A program made the translations under genes and the position numbers. 54,876 bases of DNA from a virus. Its lineage: Duplodnaviria > Caudoviricetes. This document shows positions 8,466 through 19,267 of this stretch, piece after piece. Each line of letters starts with the position of its first letter. Position 1 is the first letter of the stretch. The notes beneath the pieces were generated by a model, which saw nothing but the letters and a program-made list of their open reading frames with translations, made no database searches and was not told the DNA's origin. The stretch spans positions 1 through 54,876 of IMG/VR virus record IMGVR_UViG_3300020122_000144. One strand, given 5' to 3'.

Positions 8466-9556
8466 GCAGCCGCATGCGCCGCGGGCGCGCGGAGGGGACG
8501 CTGCACCACTACCGGACGAAGCTCGGTCACGTCGTGCGGCTCATGCCAGCGCGGCTCGCCGACATCGACGCGGCGGCGTGCGAGCGGTTCATCGAGACGC
8601 GGCTCGCCGAGGGCGCGGCGCAGACGACCGTGAAGAAGGAGATCCGCGCGCTGGGAGCGACGCTCCGTCACGCGCGCCGGTCCGGCCTCTACAGCCGCGA
8701 CGTGGAAGCGACGATCCCCGAACTCGAAGAGACGTACAAGCCCCGCGAGCGCTTCCTCGCGCCGCTGGAGCTCGTCGCCCTGGTCAACGCGCTGCCTCGC
8801 ACACGTGCGGCACATGTCGTCTTCATCGTCGCGACAGGCGCCCGGTGGTCGGAGTCGACACGGGCGCGACTGGACACGGACGTCGACGGCCCGATGGTCT
8901 TCCTCCGCGGCTCGAAGACGAAGAAGGCGCCGCGGACGGTGCCGGTCCCCCCGACGATGCGCGTCGCCCTCGCCTGGTCGCTGGCGCATGCCCCCGGCGA
9001 GCGCTTCGCCGCATGGAGCAACGTCCGCCGAGACCTCGCGAAAGCCTGCGCGACGATCGGCGTGAACCCCGTGACGCCGAACGACCTCCGCCGGACGTTC
9101 GGCACGTGGCTGCGGCAATCCGGCCTCGCGCCCGACCTCATCGGCAACGCCATGGGCCACGCGGACGGGCGGATGGCGGAGCGAATCTACGGGCGCATCG
9201 GCCCCGCGGACCTCGACAAGCTCATCACCGAACGCGGCCCGGCGCTCGCCGTTAGCGTGCAGTCTGCACCTATCCCCGCGACTGGGCTGCTAATGGGTGG
9301 TGACGTGGCCGAATCCAGCGCAATGCCGGCGTTTCCTGAGACTGGCCGCGGGCGCCCGTTGCTGCAAAAAGCCTCGAAAGCAGCAGCTAATCGTAGTGCC
9401 CAGACACGGAATCGAACCGCGGACACGGGGATTTTCAATCCGCGTGGAACGGCAGTAAACGTCGGCGAATCGTCGGATTCTGCGCACACGTGGGCTGCTA
9501 ATGGGCTGACGTTCCGCGCTCGCGCCCGCCGCTGGCTGATGCGGAGCGCGGCATGA
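8264..9556 (+). CDS. int: Tyrosine integrase with internal attP
   Basis: TGAR, K, NDLRR (Asn in place of His in HxxR), MGH and RIY catalytic set; N-terminal arm-binding-like region. Confidence 0.93.
   Translation: MPRLFKRDGIWFAWLPKPGGGTRRQTTNCTDRKAAERRAGELEREALDPAHAAANKATTVDACSEFVSSRMRRGRAEGTLHHYRTKLGHVVRLMPARLADIDAAACERFIETRLAEGAAQTTVKKEIRALGATLRHARRSGLYSRDVEATIPELEETYKPRERFLAPLELVALVNALPRTRAAHVVFIVATGARWSESTRARLDTDVDGPMVFLRGSKTKKAPRTVPVPPTMRVALAWSLAHAPGERFAAWSNVRRDLAKACATIGVNPVTPNDLRRTFGTWLRQSGLAPDLIGNAMGHADGRMAERIYGRIGPADLDKLITERGPALAVSVQSAPIPATGLLMGGDVAESSAMPAFPETGRGRPLLQKASKAAANRSAQTRNRTADTGIFNPRGTAVNVGESSDSAHTWAANGLTFRARARRWLMRSAA
9283..9505 (+). repeat. 15-bp direct repeats TGGGCTGCTAATGGG (9283-9297, 9491-9505); probable integrase arm sites
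   Basis: Exact repeat on either side of the att core. Confidence 0.75.
9394..9441 (-). other. attP: attP core: 3' half of tRNA-Phe(GAA)
   Basis: Reverse complement GGA-TTGAAAA-TCC...CGCGG-TTCGATT-CCGTG-TCTGGGC-A gives anticodon loop, T arm and acceptor 3' strand; no 5' half. Confidence 0.9.
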
Positions 9557-9735
9557 TCCCCGCCATCCTCATCTGGCGCGACGGCAGCGAGACGGAGCAG
9601 ATGGTCCCCGAGGGCAAGGACGTCCGCGTGGCGGGGACGTCGTTCACCCGCGTCGGGATGCAGCGGAGCAGGTTTCTCTACGTCGAGAAGGCGGAGCAGT
9701 TGCGTGCGGTGCCTGAGCCGGAGCGTGCGTCGTGA
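9553..9735 (+). CDS. Hypothetical protein
   Basis: Coupled to the int stop. Confidence 0.6.
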   Translation: MIPAILIWRDGSETEQMVPEGKDVRVAGTSFTRVGMQRSRFLYVEKAEQLRAVPEPERAS

Positions 9736-10607
9736 GCTGCCACGAGTGCACGTGCCTCCAGTGCTGCAACGCGCGGACGGTTCAACGGACCGCTGAGGCG
9801 ACCCCGGTCGAGCCCGTGCGCAACTGTTGGGCCTGCAACGACCCGTGCTCGTGGTCCGACGCCTCGCAGGTCTTCTGCACGACGTGCCGGCCCGACGAGC
9901 AACGCCGAGAGAGGGCAATTCCCAAGGAGGTGAGCGATGGCGAGCAAGAAAGCGGAAGCGCTGCAACTGGCGGACGGCGAGATCGCGGTGTGGAAGCGTC
10001 GCGCCCTGAAAGCGGAGTCGCGCGAGCACTCGGCCCGTGTGGTTCTGGAAGCGACGATACAGAGGCACGAGGCGATTCTGCGCAGCCTCGTCTGGCACAA
10101 GGACGACCGGAAGACCGTCGAGCAGGCTATCCGGTTGATGCGCGCGGCAGGCTCATAGTCGACGGCGAGTGCATCAGCACGGACCCGAGCAATCGAGCGT
10201 GCGCATGCTGTCTCGCTCGTTGGGCAAAGGCCGAGGCTGGTGATAAGGCGTGCAAAGCCGGGGTCTTCGGCCACTCCGGCGCGTTCGCTGGCGAGGGATG
10301 CGCGGGCTGCGATGCCGAGCACCGGCGCATGATGGACAAGCACGTCGGGCCGATTCTTCCGGGCTCACCCGAGCACGAGGCGAAGCTCATGGAGGCCGAG
10401 CTTCGGACGTTCACGCAGGGCTGGAACGAGGCGGTCGCGTCGTGCTGCACGTGGCTGCGGATGCGCGGCACGATCGACCCGGCCGATCCGAACCTGACGC
10501 GGCTCCGGTATCTCGACGCCGATGCGTTGCACATCGCGCGCGGGCCGCTCGACGAAGAGGCGGGGGACAGCGTGGGCAATGCCCAGGAATCACAGGAGAA
10601 AACATGA
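9732..10607 (+). CDS. Cys-rich hypothetical protein
   Basis: Several CxxC pairs; coupled at both ends. Confidence 0.6.
   Translation: MSCHECTCLQCCNARTVQRTAEATPVEPVRNCWACNDPCSWSDASQVFCTTCRPDEQRRERAIPKEVSDGEQESGSAATGGRRDRGVEASRPESGVARALGPCGSGSDDTEARGDSAQPRLAQGRPEDRRAGYPVDARGRLIVDGECISTDPSNRACACCLARWAKAEAGDKACKAGVFGHSGAFAGEGCAGCDAEHRRMMDKHVGPILPGSPEHEAKLMEAELRTFTQGWNEAVASCCTWLRMRGTIDPADPNLTRLRYLDADALHIARGPLDEEAGDSVGNAQESQEKT
9937..10158 (+). CDS. Nested alternative-frame helical protein (73 aa)
   Basis: Strong SD AAGGAGGTG just before the ATG. Confidence 0.65.
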   Translation: MASKKAEALQLADGEIAVWKRRALKAESREHSARVVLEATIQRHEAILRSLVWHKDDRKTVEQAIRLMRAAGS

Positions 10608-11221
10608 GCAAGCCGATTCGAGAGTGGGCGCTGGAGACCGTCCCGAGCGACGACATGCTCTGGAAGGGCGGGTGGGGCTCGCAGGTGATGTTCTTCCGCG
10701 ACGACCTCCGATACCTGATGGGTTCGGGACTCGACTACGAGGACGCCAAGGGGCTCGGGCGGGTCATCTCTACGCACACGAGCAAGTCGATCGCGCTCCC
10801 CGTCGTCGAGTACGACCGCAAAGACATCGGGCTGCGCGTCATCCTTCGCGACAACTTCCACGACTGGAAGCTCAGCGTCATCAGCGAGAGGCCGATCACG
10901 TCGTGCTTCGACGGCCTGTTCCACACCACGCCGCCGGTGGAGCCCGAGTACACGGGCGACTACCTGTCGCCCTGCTACTTCGAGGGCTTCCCGCGCGATC
11001 TGGTCTTCGGTTACCTGTCGAAGTCGGACGGTCGCCGCTGGTCTGCGATGCCTAGCGGCCGTCACGGCGTGTGGACGACGCTGTTCCTCATCCTGCGCGA
11101 GTTGGGCGCAGTGAAGCCGCACGTCTGGAATACCAAGGCTGCGCACCGAGCACAGATCGACGCGGACACCGCGAAGCGCATGGCGCGTGCGGCTGCGGAG
11201 AAAGGGTCCGTGGAGCGATGA
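10604..11221 (+). CDS. Hypothetical protein upstream of queC
   Basis: AGGAG SD; globular-looking 205-aa ORF. Confidence 0.75.
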   Translation: MSKPIREWALETVPSDDMLWKGGWGSQVMFFRDDLRYLMGSGLDYEDAKGLGRVISTHTSKSIALPVVEYDRKDIGLRVILRDNFHDWKLSVISERPITSCFDGLFHTTPPVEPEYTGDYLSPCYFEGFPRDLVFGYLSKSDGRRWSAMPSGRHGVWTTLFLILRELGAVKPHVWNTKAAHRAQIDADTAKRMARAAAEKGSVER

Positions 11222-11952
11222 GCGAATCCAGTCGTAACCCCATGTCGAACCGCGCTGTCGTCGTCCTCTCGGGCGGGCTCGACTCCGTCGCGGCGCTCTG
11301 CTGGGCGCGCGCTCGCTACACGGAGCTCCAGGCGATCACGTTCGAGTACGGGCAGCCAGCGAGAAACCAGGAGGTGCCCGCCGCGCAGCGCTCCGCCGCC
11401 AAGTTGGGCGTCGGCTGGCGCGTCGTTGGGCTGAGCGACGCGCTGCGGCCCGAGAAGCCGGGCGGCATCCTTGGCGGCGTTCAGGACCACGACACGTCTC
11501 GCTTTGGCGGGGTCGATCGCGCCTTCGTGCCCGGTCGCAATGGGCTCTTCGCGCTGGTCGCGCTCTCGCACTCGTGCTCGTGGTGGCCGAACGGAAACGT
11601 CGACATCGTCATGGGCGCCTGCGCCGAGGACCAGGCCGGGTTCCCTGACTGTCGGCCGGCGAACCTCGACAAGCTCGCGATGGGGCTGCGGGCCTGCTTC
11701 GGACGATCCGTCACGGTCCGGCTGCCGTGGGCGGAGTCGACGAAGAGTCAGATCCTCTACGCGGTGAAGCCCGACGCGGAAGCGCTCTGGATCGTCCAGC
11801 GCTCTTACTCCTGCTATCGCGAGGACGGCCCGTGCCTGCGTTGCGGGGCGTGCGTCAAGCGGAAGGCCGCCTTCGACGCCCACCCGGACATCCTCGACCT
11901 TTCTCAGCGGACGCACATGACCGGCGGCGACCCCGCGCGGGCGGTCCGTTGA
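11218..11952 (+). CDS. queC: 7-cyano-7-deazaguanine synthase (QueC family)
   Basis: PP-loop SGGLDS, YGQ, VPGRN, FPDCR and Zn site CY-x5-CxxCxxC. Confidence 0.92.
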   Translation: MSESSRNPMSNRAVVVLSGGLDSVAALCWARARYTELQAITFEYGQPARNQEVPAAQRSAAKLGVGWRVVGLSDALRPEKPGGILGGVQDHDTSRFGGVDRAFVPGRNGLFALVALSHSCSWWPNGNVDIVMGACAEDQAGFPDCRPANLDKLAMGLRACFGRSVTVRLPWAESTKSQILYAVKPDAEALWIVQRSYSCYREDGPCLRCGACVKRKAAFDAHPDILDLSQRTHMTGGDPARAVR

Positions 11953-12593
11953 TGATGTTCATCGGCTCCACGCGCGCGAAGCGCCTCGTTGACCGTTCGA
12001 TCGCGAACGGATGGGGACGCCTGTTCTGCTGCGAGAAGCCGGCACCGCGGCCCGGCGAACCGTGGGCACTCGACAACGGGGCGTTCCCTGCGTGGTTCCA
12101 CAAGAGGCCGTGGAGCGCTGCCGCGTTCCTGCGAAGCGTTGAACAATCAGCCGGGCTGCACCCGCCGACAATGGCCGTCCTCCCCGACAAGGTCGCCGAG
12201 GGCCACGCCTCGCTTGAGTGGTCGCTGCGGTGGCTCGCGCTCAACATCCTTCCGGCTTTCCCCTGGTACCTCGCGGTGCAGGACGGGATGGCGTTCGATG
12301 ACGTCGAGCGGGCGCTACCCGAGGTCGCCGGCCTGTTTCTCGGCGGCACCGACGCCTTCAAGGCCACGGCGCCCGCGTGGCGCGCGCTCGCGCACAAGCA
12401 CGGCAAGAAGTTCCACTACGCCCGCGTGAGCACGCAGAACCGGCTGCGTGCCGCCATCGACTGCGGCGCCGACTCCGCCGACTCCGCGCAGATGCTCTGG
12501 AGCACGAAGTACGACGGCAACCACTGGGATCGGTTCGAGCGCTGGTGGCGAGACAACATGGCGCAAGAACCGCTCTTCAAGAGGACAGCATGA
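11952..12593 (+). CDS. TGT-fold / DpdA-like transglycosylase candidate
   Basis: LDNGAF, PD, VQDG, FLGG, H and SADS motifs in TGT order; TGATG-coupled to queC. Confidence 0.65.
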   Translation: MMFIGSTRAKRLVDRSIANGWGRLFCCEKPAPRPGEPWALDNGAFPAWFHKRPWSAAAFLRSVEQSAGLHPPTMAVLPDKVAEGHASLEWSLRWLALNILPAFPWYLAVQDGMAFDDVERALPEVAGLFLGGTDAFKATAPAWRALAHKHGKKFHYARVSTQNRLRAAIDCGADSADSAQMLWSTKYDGNHWDRFERWWRDNMAQEPLFKRTA

Positions 12594-14910
12594 GCAACGA
12601 GAAGAAAGATTCAACGCCGATGCCGGGCGCCGCTCGCGAGACCCCGCCGCCGTTCGGTGCAGGGTTCACGTGCGAATACTGCGGCTGCGCCAAGGCCGAT
12701 CACGCGGTGCCTTGCCCGGTGCCGTGTCCGTCGTTGAGTTTGCGCGGGCAGTCGCCTCGCGCTGCGGATAGCTCGGGCTCCGCTCCGAAACGCGGTGACA
12801 TCTACGTTTCGGTCTCCGAGCACGACAAGGGGCGTCGCTACGAAGTCCGGCACGTGAACGCCATCATCTTCGTGCCGCTCGACAGCGGCGACGGAGCCGA
12901 TGCGCTCTCGGCAGAGACGTTCGCAGCGAACTTCAAGCGGGCCGAGGCGGGGCCGTTCACATCGCAAGAAGAAGGACCGAAACGATGAGCCCGTGTCCCT
13001 ACTGTCACCGGGTGCGCAGCGAATGCTCGTGCCGCCACTGCGCTGCGCTCACGAAAGGCAAACCCTGATGGCGCGGCAACCGACTAGCGACTGCGACCCG
13101 GGCATCTACGAGAACGGTCGAACGGTCTGCGTTCTCGCGGGCACATCCACCGCGATCGAGGCGGTCGTGGTGCGCGTGCGCGAGGAGATGAAGATCGCTC
13201 TCGACTGGCACTACGTCGGTGGGCGCGCGTGCGTGCTCACGACGGAGCCAGAGGGGCTCGACGCCGGCATCTACGAGGCGATCAAGATGGCGTTGCCCAT
13301 CATGCTTTCAGCCTCGCCTTCTGGACCCGCAGCCTCGGGGGACCGATGACGGCGGTAGCACATCCGGTTCTCGCCGGGCTCGCCGGCTGGCATCGCTGGA
13401 GCAATTGGGCTGCGCACTTCTACGTGAACGGCGCGCACCTTTGCTCCGCGCACCACGGGACGTTCATGGGTGGTCATCGGGAGCCGCGCCGACCGGACCC
13501 CGCCGAGGTCGCGCCGACCGGCATTCCCTACGGGAAGGTCTGTCAGCGCTGCCTCAAGCTGAAAAGCGCAACGCCGGCACCACGCGCAGCCGAGGAGAAG
13601 AAATGACGAAGCGACGCATCACGTCCAGCGAACTGCTCACGCTCGCCGACACCATCTGCAAGCTGAGCGGCGAGTCCGGTCACGTCTCGCAGTACGGCGC
13701 GATCACCGAGAAGCTGAATTCGGCGCTCGTCGATGTGCTGTCCGCCGCGCAATCCGCAGCCTTCCAAGAGGCTCGCGAGGCACACAATAAGGCGACGATG
13801 GCCGCCGAGGCGGCGCCGTCCGAGGGCGCCGACCGATGAGCCCCGAAGAGGCGGCGGACTCGTCGACGTGGATCTACTGCGAGCATGGTCTCGCGTCGCA
13901 GTGCGAGGAGCCTCACTGCGCGGGCGCAGACGCATACGAGCGCGAGCTTGGCGAACGGCTTCGTGCCGCTCGTTCCAGCGAGCACAAGTCCCCCGCCTCG
14001 GCGGGCAACGATTCAGGAAAGGGCAACGGATAGAAGAATGGCAAAGAAACTCTACACCGTGACGATCGAGGCCGAGGTGGTCGTAGTCGCCGAGTCCCCC
14101 GAGGAAGCGCAGGAAGAGGCCGAGCAGGCCGTCATCGACACCGAGCTCCACTTCCATGCGGTGCCGATGCACTCGCTCCCGGCCGGCTGGAGCCGCGAGT
14201 CGATACCGTTCGGCGTCGGGGTCGACGAGGACGAGGACAGGACCACTCAGGGGTGGATCGACGTCGGCGCCGCGCCCGAGTTCACGCGCCTCAATGCCGA
14301 GATGAAGGCCCGTGCCGAGAAGCGGGGATCGCTGACCGGGTCCGTTGCGCAGGAGCCGAAATGACCGCAAAAGATGAGCGCTTCGCGGCGATCAAGGCCG
14401 CGATGATGCCCCAGATCGACATGGCGTTGAACATGTGGCTCACGCAGCTCAGCGCCACGATGGACGCCGCGTCGGCTGCTGAGGTCGACCGGTGCATCAG
14501 CATCGTCGAGTCGTGCACCATGCTGAAGAAGCCGGAGTGGAACGCGGGGCTCCGCTTCGCGATCGACAGGCTTCGCGAGTGGAAGAAGGAAGCCGCTGCG
14601 GAGAACGGACGCAAGGAAGGGGGCACCGATGGCTGACGGCACCTATCGCGTCATGCAGTCCGAGGACGGCACCCGCACGCTCTACCTCTTCCCGCCCGAC
14701 GGCTCGTCCTATCGTTCGATCTCGAGCGGCAGCGACGAGCCCGAGGAGGAGAGCGACGAGTCCGGGCCCATTCGTACGGTGTGCGTCACCCTCAATTCGG
14801 GCACCGCGCCCCAGGTCCTGGAGTGGTCGCCGTCTGTCTTCGACACCCTGCTCGACGGGCTCGGGGCGGCGCAGCGGCAGAGCAAAGAACGAGGAGATTC
14901 CAATGGGTGA
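12590..14910 (+). other. Chain of small hypothetical ORFs (12590-12988, 13068-13349, 13346-13606, 13603-13839, 13836-14033, 14038-14364, 14361-14636, 14629-14910)
   Basis: Overlapping stops and starts, purine-rich SD motifs. Confidence 0.65.
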
Positions 14911-15367
14911 CGCAGCGGTCTACGAATTCTCATCGCGACAGACGCAGACGGTGTGCTGCACATGCGGGGTGCTGTTTTGCATGCCCGAGTCGCTCATCAA
15001 GAACCGTCGAGAGGACGGCACCACGTTCTATTGCCCAAACGGGCACACGATGACGTTCGGGAACGCGATCAAGCGGGAGGCCGACAAGCTCCGCGAAGAA
15101 CTGGCCGCTCAGGCGCGGTGGCTGGAGGCCTCACGCGCGGACGTCGTACGCCAACGCGAGCGCCGCGAAGCCGCGGAGCGACAGGCTGCGGCGGCGCGCG
15201 GGCAGGTCACGAAGCTCAAGAACCGCGTCGGCAACGGCGTGTGCCCCTGCTGCAATCGGACGTTCACGAACCTCCAGCGCCACATGCACACGAAGCACCC
15301 CGGCTTCGCGAACGAGGGGGCCGACGTTCCTGGGACCACCGACGCCCCGCCCAAGGAGAAGACGTAA
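14903..15367 (+). CDS. Zinc-finger/coiled-coil protein
   Basis: CCTCG...FYCPNGH, coiled coil, C2H2 motif CPCCNRTFTNLQRHMHTKH. Confidence 0.8.
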   Translation: MGDAAVYEFSSRQTQTVCCTCGVLFCMPESLIKNRREDGTTFYCPNGHTMTFGNAIKREADKLREELAAQARWLEASRADVVRQRERREAAERQAAAARGQVTKLKNRVGNGVCPCCNRTFTNLQRHMHTKHPGFANEGADVPGTTDAPPKEKT

Positions 15368-18298
15368 TGCCGATCACGAAGACGCCGTACGACGGCTACA
15401 CGCAGTGCGAAGACTGCTCGGGACGCATCCCGCCGGACTGCTCGTGCAACTGCATGGTGGGCCGACTGCGGAAGCGCGTCGATGGTCTGGAGATGGCAGT
15501 CCAGCGGCTCGAAAGCATCGTGCTTCGGGGCGAGGAGGGTGCGCCATGAAGTGCACCGAACCCGACTGTCACTTTTGCAGGCGAGACGCGAAGGCCGCTG
15601 AGCGCGACGCGGCTGTCGCGGAAGCTGAACGGCTGCGCGGGATACTGAGGCGCATCGGGGAATGGGACCAGCTCAATCCGCCGCGACCAGGAAGCGATTT
15701 CCCATGGCTTCGCGAGCTGGTGGACGATGCCCTGAAAGGCGGGTCCTCATGAACGCGTCGCCTCTTCCCCACGGCTACTCCAGTGACTTCGTGGCGTCGT
15801 ACCCGTACGTCGTGCGCGAGCGCAGCCACGGGCCGAACTACCAGCGGTCCTATCTCGCCGATCCGTGCCTCGTGCCGGACGGCGTGAAGTGGACCAACTC
15901 GCAGCGCAAGGCGTTGCACATCTACCTCCAGGCGGCTCGCGGCTTCGCGGAGAAGTACGACGCCGTCGTCGTGAAGATCGTGCCGCGGACTACTCCTCCC
16001 CAGCCAAAGGGCGAGCCGTGAAGAAGAAGAACCGCAAGCTCCCACCGTTCGAGGCGATGTACCCGACGCAGCACGCGCGCCACGCAGCCGATCGCGAGTT
16101 CGACAAGCTGCCGCTCTCGACGTCGCTGGGCGAGGCGATCCGCGTGTGGGACTGGCACTACCTCAACGCGGGCGGCAGCGTCGTCGGGGCGGGTCCGACG
16201 TGAGCGATCCTTGCACCTGCGACTGGCAAGCGCCGCACGGCGACCCGTGCCGAACCACGAGCTACGTGCGACCGGAGCCGTACGGTCGCGAGTACCGCGC
16301 AGGCGCCGCGGCGGCGTTCGGGCTCATGGGGATGGCGTTCGCGATCCGAAAGCGCGAAGCTCAGAAGGGGAACGCGGAGATCATGACCTTCTACAACGAG
16401 CACGGTTCCTTGCGTGACAGGAGCGATCCCCATGGCTGACCCCACGATGCGCGAACTGGCCTTCATCGGGCTGCTCGACGAGATGTCCTACGAGCGTGCG
16501 GTGGCCCAGCTTGGCTCTGGTACCGAAGCGCTGCGGACGGCGTTCAACTGCACGCTCAACGGGTGGGTGAGCCGAGGGCAGCTCACGGCCGAGGGGCGCG
16601 CCTTCATCACGAAGCCGATCAAGACGACGGCCTGGGATATCAAGGTGCTTCCGGCCTCGCCGGATGGGGGCCAGGAAAAGTGAGAGTCCAGATCGTCGAG
16701 TTCGAGCTTGCGGACGGACGCAAAATCGCCGCCGTGGTGCCGGCGTTCATGGATGCCGGCGAGGCGCTCGCTCGCATCGTCAACATCAAGGCGTTTCCAC
16801 CATTCGAGGACGAGACCATGCGTCAGCAGGTGTTCGACCAGAGCGCGGCGGATACGTGAGGCGCAGCCCCGAGGGTCGAGCGGTGACACTCATCGAGATC
16901 GAGCCGAGCTACCCAGGCGAGCCATGCCAGACGATCCGGGCCACGCTCGTCAAGACAGCGGGGAAGCTCGCGCACGTGCGGCACGATCCGGGCGGGATGT
17001 TCACTCGCGCGACACCGTGGACGATGCCGGTCGACCGCAAGACGGGCCGCCCGGTCGGTGACTGGGCGTGGCGCGTGATCGACGGGGACTTGCCGCTATG
17101 ACGGAGGCGGTCCACGATTGGGAAAAGCAGGGCCTTACGTCGCCGCAGCACTGCGGGAGTTGCGGCCTCAGTCGCGAGCTGGCCGGGGCGTGGTGGCAGT
17201 ACACGCGCGGCGGTCAGTTCTTCGGCGTTGTTTCGCCCGCGCCGCCGTGCGACCCCGCGTGGCCCCGTTCGTTCTGGATGGCGAGACCCGAAAGGAACAC
17301 CATGACCGAACCGAAGACCGACTCCCAGCGCGCCCATGAGTGGCTGAATCGCTGGTACGAAAACGAGGTCCCCGCAGCCTCGCCGAACCTGCACGGGCCG
17401 CTGGTGCAGCTCCTGGCAGAAGTGCGGGGGCATGAGCAAGACCTTCTGGCGAAAGCCCAATACCGAAGGGGCCACGCGAACGGCGCACGCGCCGCGGGCA
17501 TCGTTCGCACATGCGAGCTACACGCCCTCACGCGGGCACAGCACTGCGACGAGCTGGAGAAGGCGATGATCGCCGTCCCGCAAGAGTTCGTCGAGGGCGA
17601 GGGCGAGACGCCATCGGGCGCCGTGCAGCGCCTAGCGGACGCGTATCAGGTGCTCACGCAGGGGCGAACGATTCTTCAGGGGCCAGAGAAGGTCACTGTC
17701 GGCTGGGTCGTGCGGGCCGGTGGGCGATTGCACCACGGTGCCTACCTCACGCCGAGAGGGCACCACTACACGTGGGCCGGACGCAGCCGGGCGATGGTGT
17801 TCGCGAACCGAGGCGTGGCCCTGGACGCGATGCGCGACGTCAGCGCGGCTCGCGCGTCGAGCCTTGGCGGGTGGCGGTTCGTCCGCCTCGTCAGGACGCA
17901 GGTTTTTTGATGCCCGACGAGAAGCCGGTCCCCCGAGACGCGCGACGCGTCCCGAACGTCGAAGGCAGCGACCGTGAGCCGTGCAGTGCGTGCTACCGAT
18001 ACGCCCTCGTGATGATCGAGTCTCGAAACAGGGTGGCGCTCTGCGCTGAGTGCCTAGCCGCGATGGCTCGACTAGAATGACGTGCGGAGTACATCGGCAC
18101 TGCGCCGACGAGGCGCCTGGGCGTTGCCCATGGTGCGAGATCAGCAGACTGCGAGCGGCCAGCACTGCGATGGTCCGTCTACTGACAGAGATTCGTGAGC
18201 TGGAGGCGTCGAATACGGCAGACGATTTCATCTACTGCATGGGCGAGAAGGTACGGCGCATCGACGAAGTGCTCCGGACGTTTCGCGCCGCGGATTGA
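15367..18298 (+). other. Chain of small hypothetical ORFs (15367-15549, 15546-15752, 15749-16021, 16018-16203, 16200-16439, 16432-16683, 16680-16859, 16883-17101, 17098-17910, 17910-18080, 18077-18298)
   Basis: Coupled ORFs ending head-on with the lysis cassette. Confidence 0.6.
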
Positions 18299-18311
18299 TA
18301 CGGCGCAGCCC

Positions 18312-19052
18312 TCACGCCTCGAACGGCGGGTCATCGCCCTCGGCGTAATCGAGCCGGTGAATCGTCGGCTCGCTGCCTGGGTCGTCGAGCGCGGGGACGG
18401 TCACGGCGTCAGCCACGCCAAGCAGCGTCTTCCACTCGAGGAGGTCCGGATCGAGGTGGAACGCCTCGATGCGCTGGGCGTTCCGCATCAGCAGCTTGTT
18501 CGCGACGTTCCGCGGCACCAACCCCGCGTTGTGCGCGCCCTCGGGCGTCCACTCGTTCATGTGGATTTGCGCCGCGGCCTCGAGAAAGTCGCGGGCGTTC
18601 ACGGCCTGGAACAGCCTTGGGAAATGCGCGTTCGCCCCGCATGCCCACGCCAGCGAGTGCAGCGCGAGTTGCGCGCAGGCGTTGTAGCTCTCCCACTCCG
18701 GCAGCCGCGCGAGCAGGATGCGGTCGTTGCTGTCCAGCTTGGCGAACGCGAGCGCGTTCATGCCCTCGCGCGTCAGGCGCAGGTCCGTAAGTTTCGCGGC
18801 CACGGTCCAGCCGCCGTGCATGGCCGCAGCATTGTCCTTGAGCAGCTCCCACGCGCAAATCTTCTCGGTCGCGGTCGCTGGGACGCCGCCCGCATGCATG
18901 AACGGCAGCTGCACCATCTCCTCGCGCGTGAAGATGGCGTCACCCCACGCGACCGTCACGATTCCGCGGATGTCGGTGTAAGGGCATGGCACCCCAGGGC
19001 CCTCGAGCGGGCCGGTGAAGTCCAAGAACCCGGCGTGGACGGAGGCTCTCAC
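18312..19052 (-). CDS. Endolysin, T4-lysozyme-like (GH24)
   Basis: LEG...PYTDIRGIVTVAWG (E-x9-D-x5-T); last gene of the late operon. Confidence 0.75.
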   Translation of the reverse strand: MRASVHAGFLDFTGPLEGPGVPCPYTDIRGIVTVAWGDAIFTREEMVQLPFMHAGGVPATATEKICAWELLKDNAAAMHGGWTVAAKLTDLRLTREGMNALAFAKLDSNDRILLARLPEWESYNACAQLALHSLAWACGANAHFPRLFQAVNARDFLEAAAQIHMNEWTPEGAHNAGLVPRNVANKLLMRNAQRIEAFHLDPDLLEWKTLLGVADAVTVPALDDPGSEPTIHRLDYAEGDDPPFEA

Positions 19053-19267
19053 GGCTTGTCGACCTTGATGTCTTCCAACACGTCGACCTCGAGATCCGTA
19101 ATTCTGCGGTCGTAGTCCCTGAGGAACTGCTTCTGCTGGTCGACGGGGATGAGCTGCACCCCTGCGTCGAAGAGCTGGCGAGCGACGGCGATCGCATCGG
19201 TCACGTTGCCCTCGGCGACGTCGACCCCGAGGCGAATCAGGGCAAATCCGGTGTCCGCGATACTCAT
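19049..19267 (-). CDS. Small hypothetical protein in the lysis cassette
   Basis: Coupled ORF, 72 aa. Confidence 0.65.
   Translation of the reverse strand: MSIADTGFALIRLGVDVAEGNVTDAIAVARQLFDAGVQLIPVDQQKQFLRDYDRRITDLEVDVLEDIKVDKP

Noticed and set aside
9394-9441. Functional tRNA-Phe gene
   Set aside because: Only the 3' half is present and it ends CTA, not CCA; it fits an att core.
9530-9556. ssrA-like C-terminal AA degradation tag on Int, lost on integration
   Set aside because: Many ORFs here end in AA because of GC-rich stop/start overlaps, so it is not distinctive.
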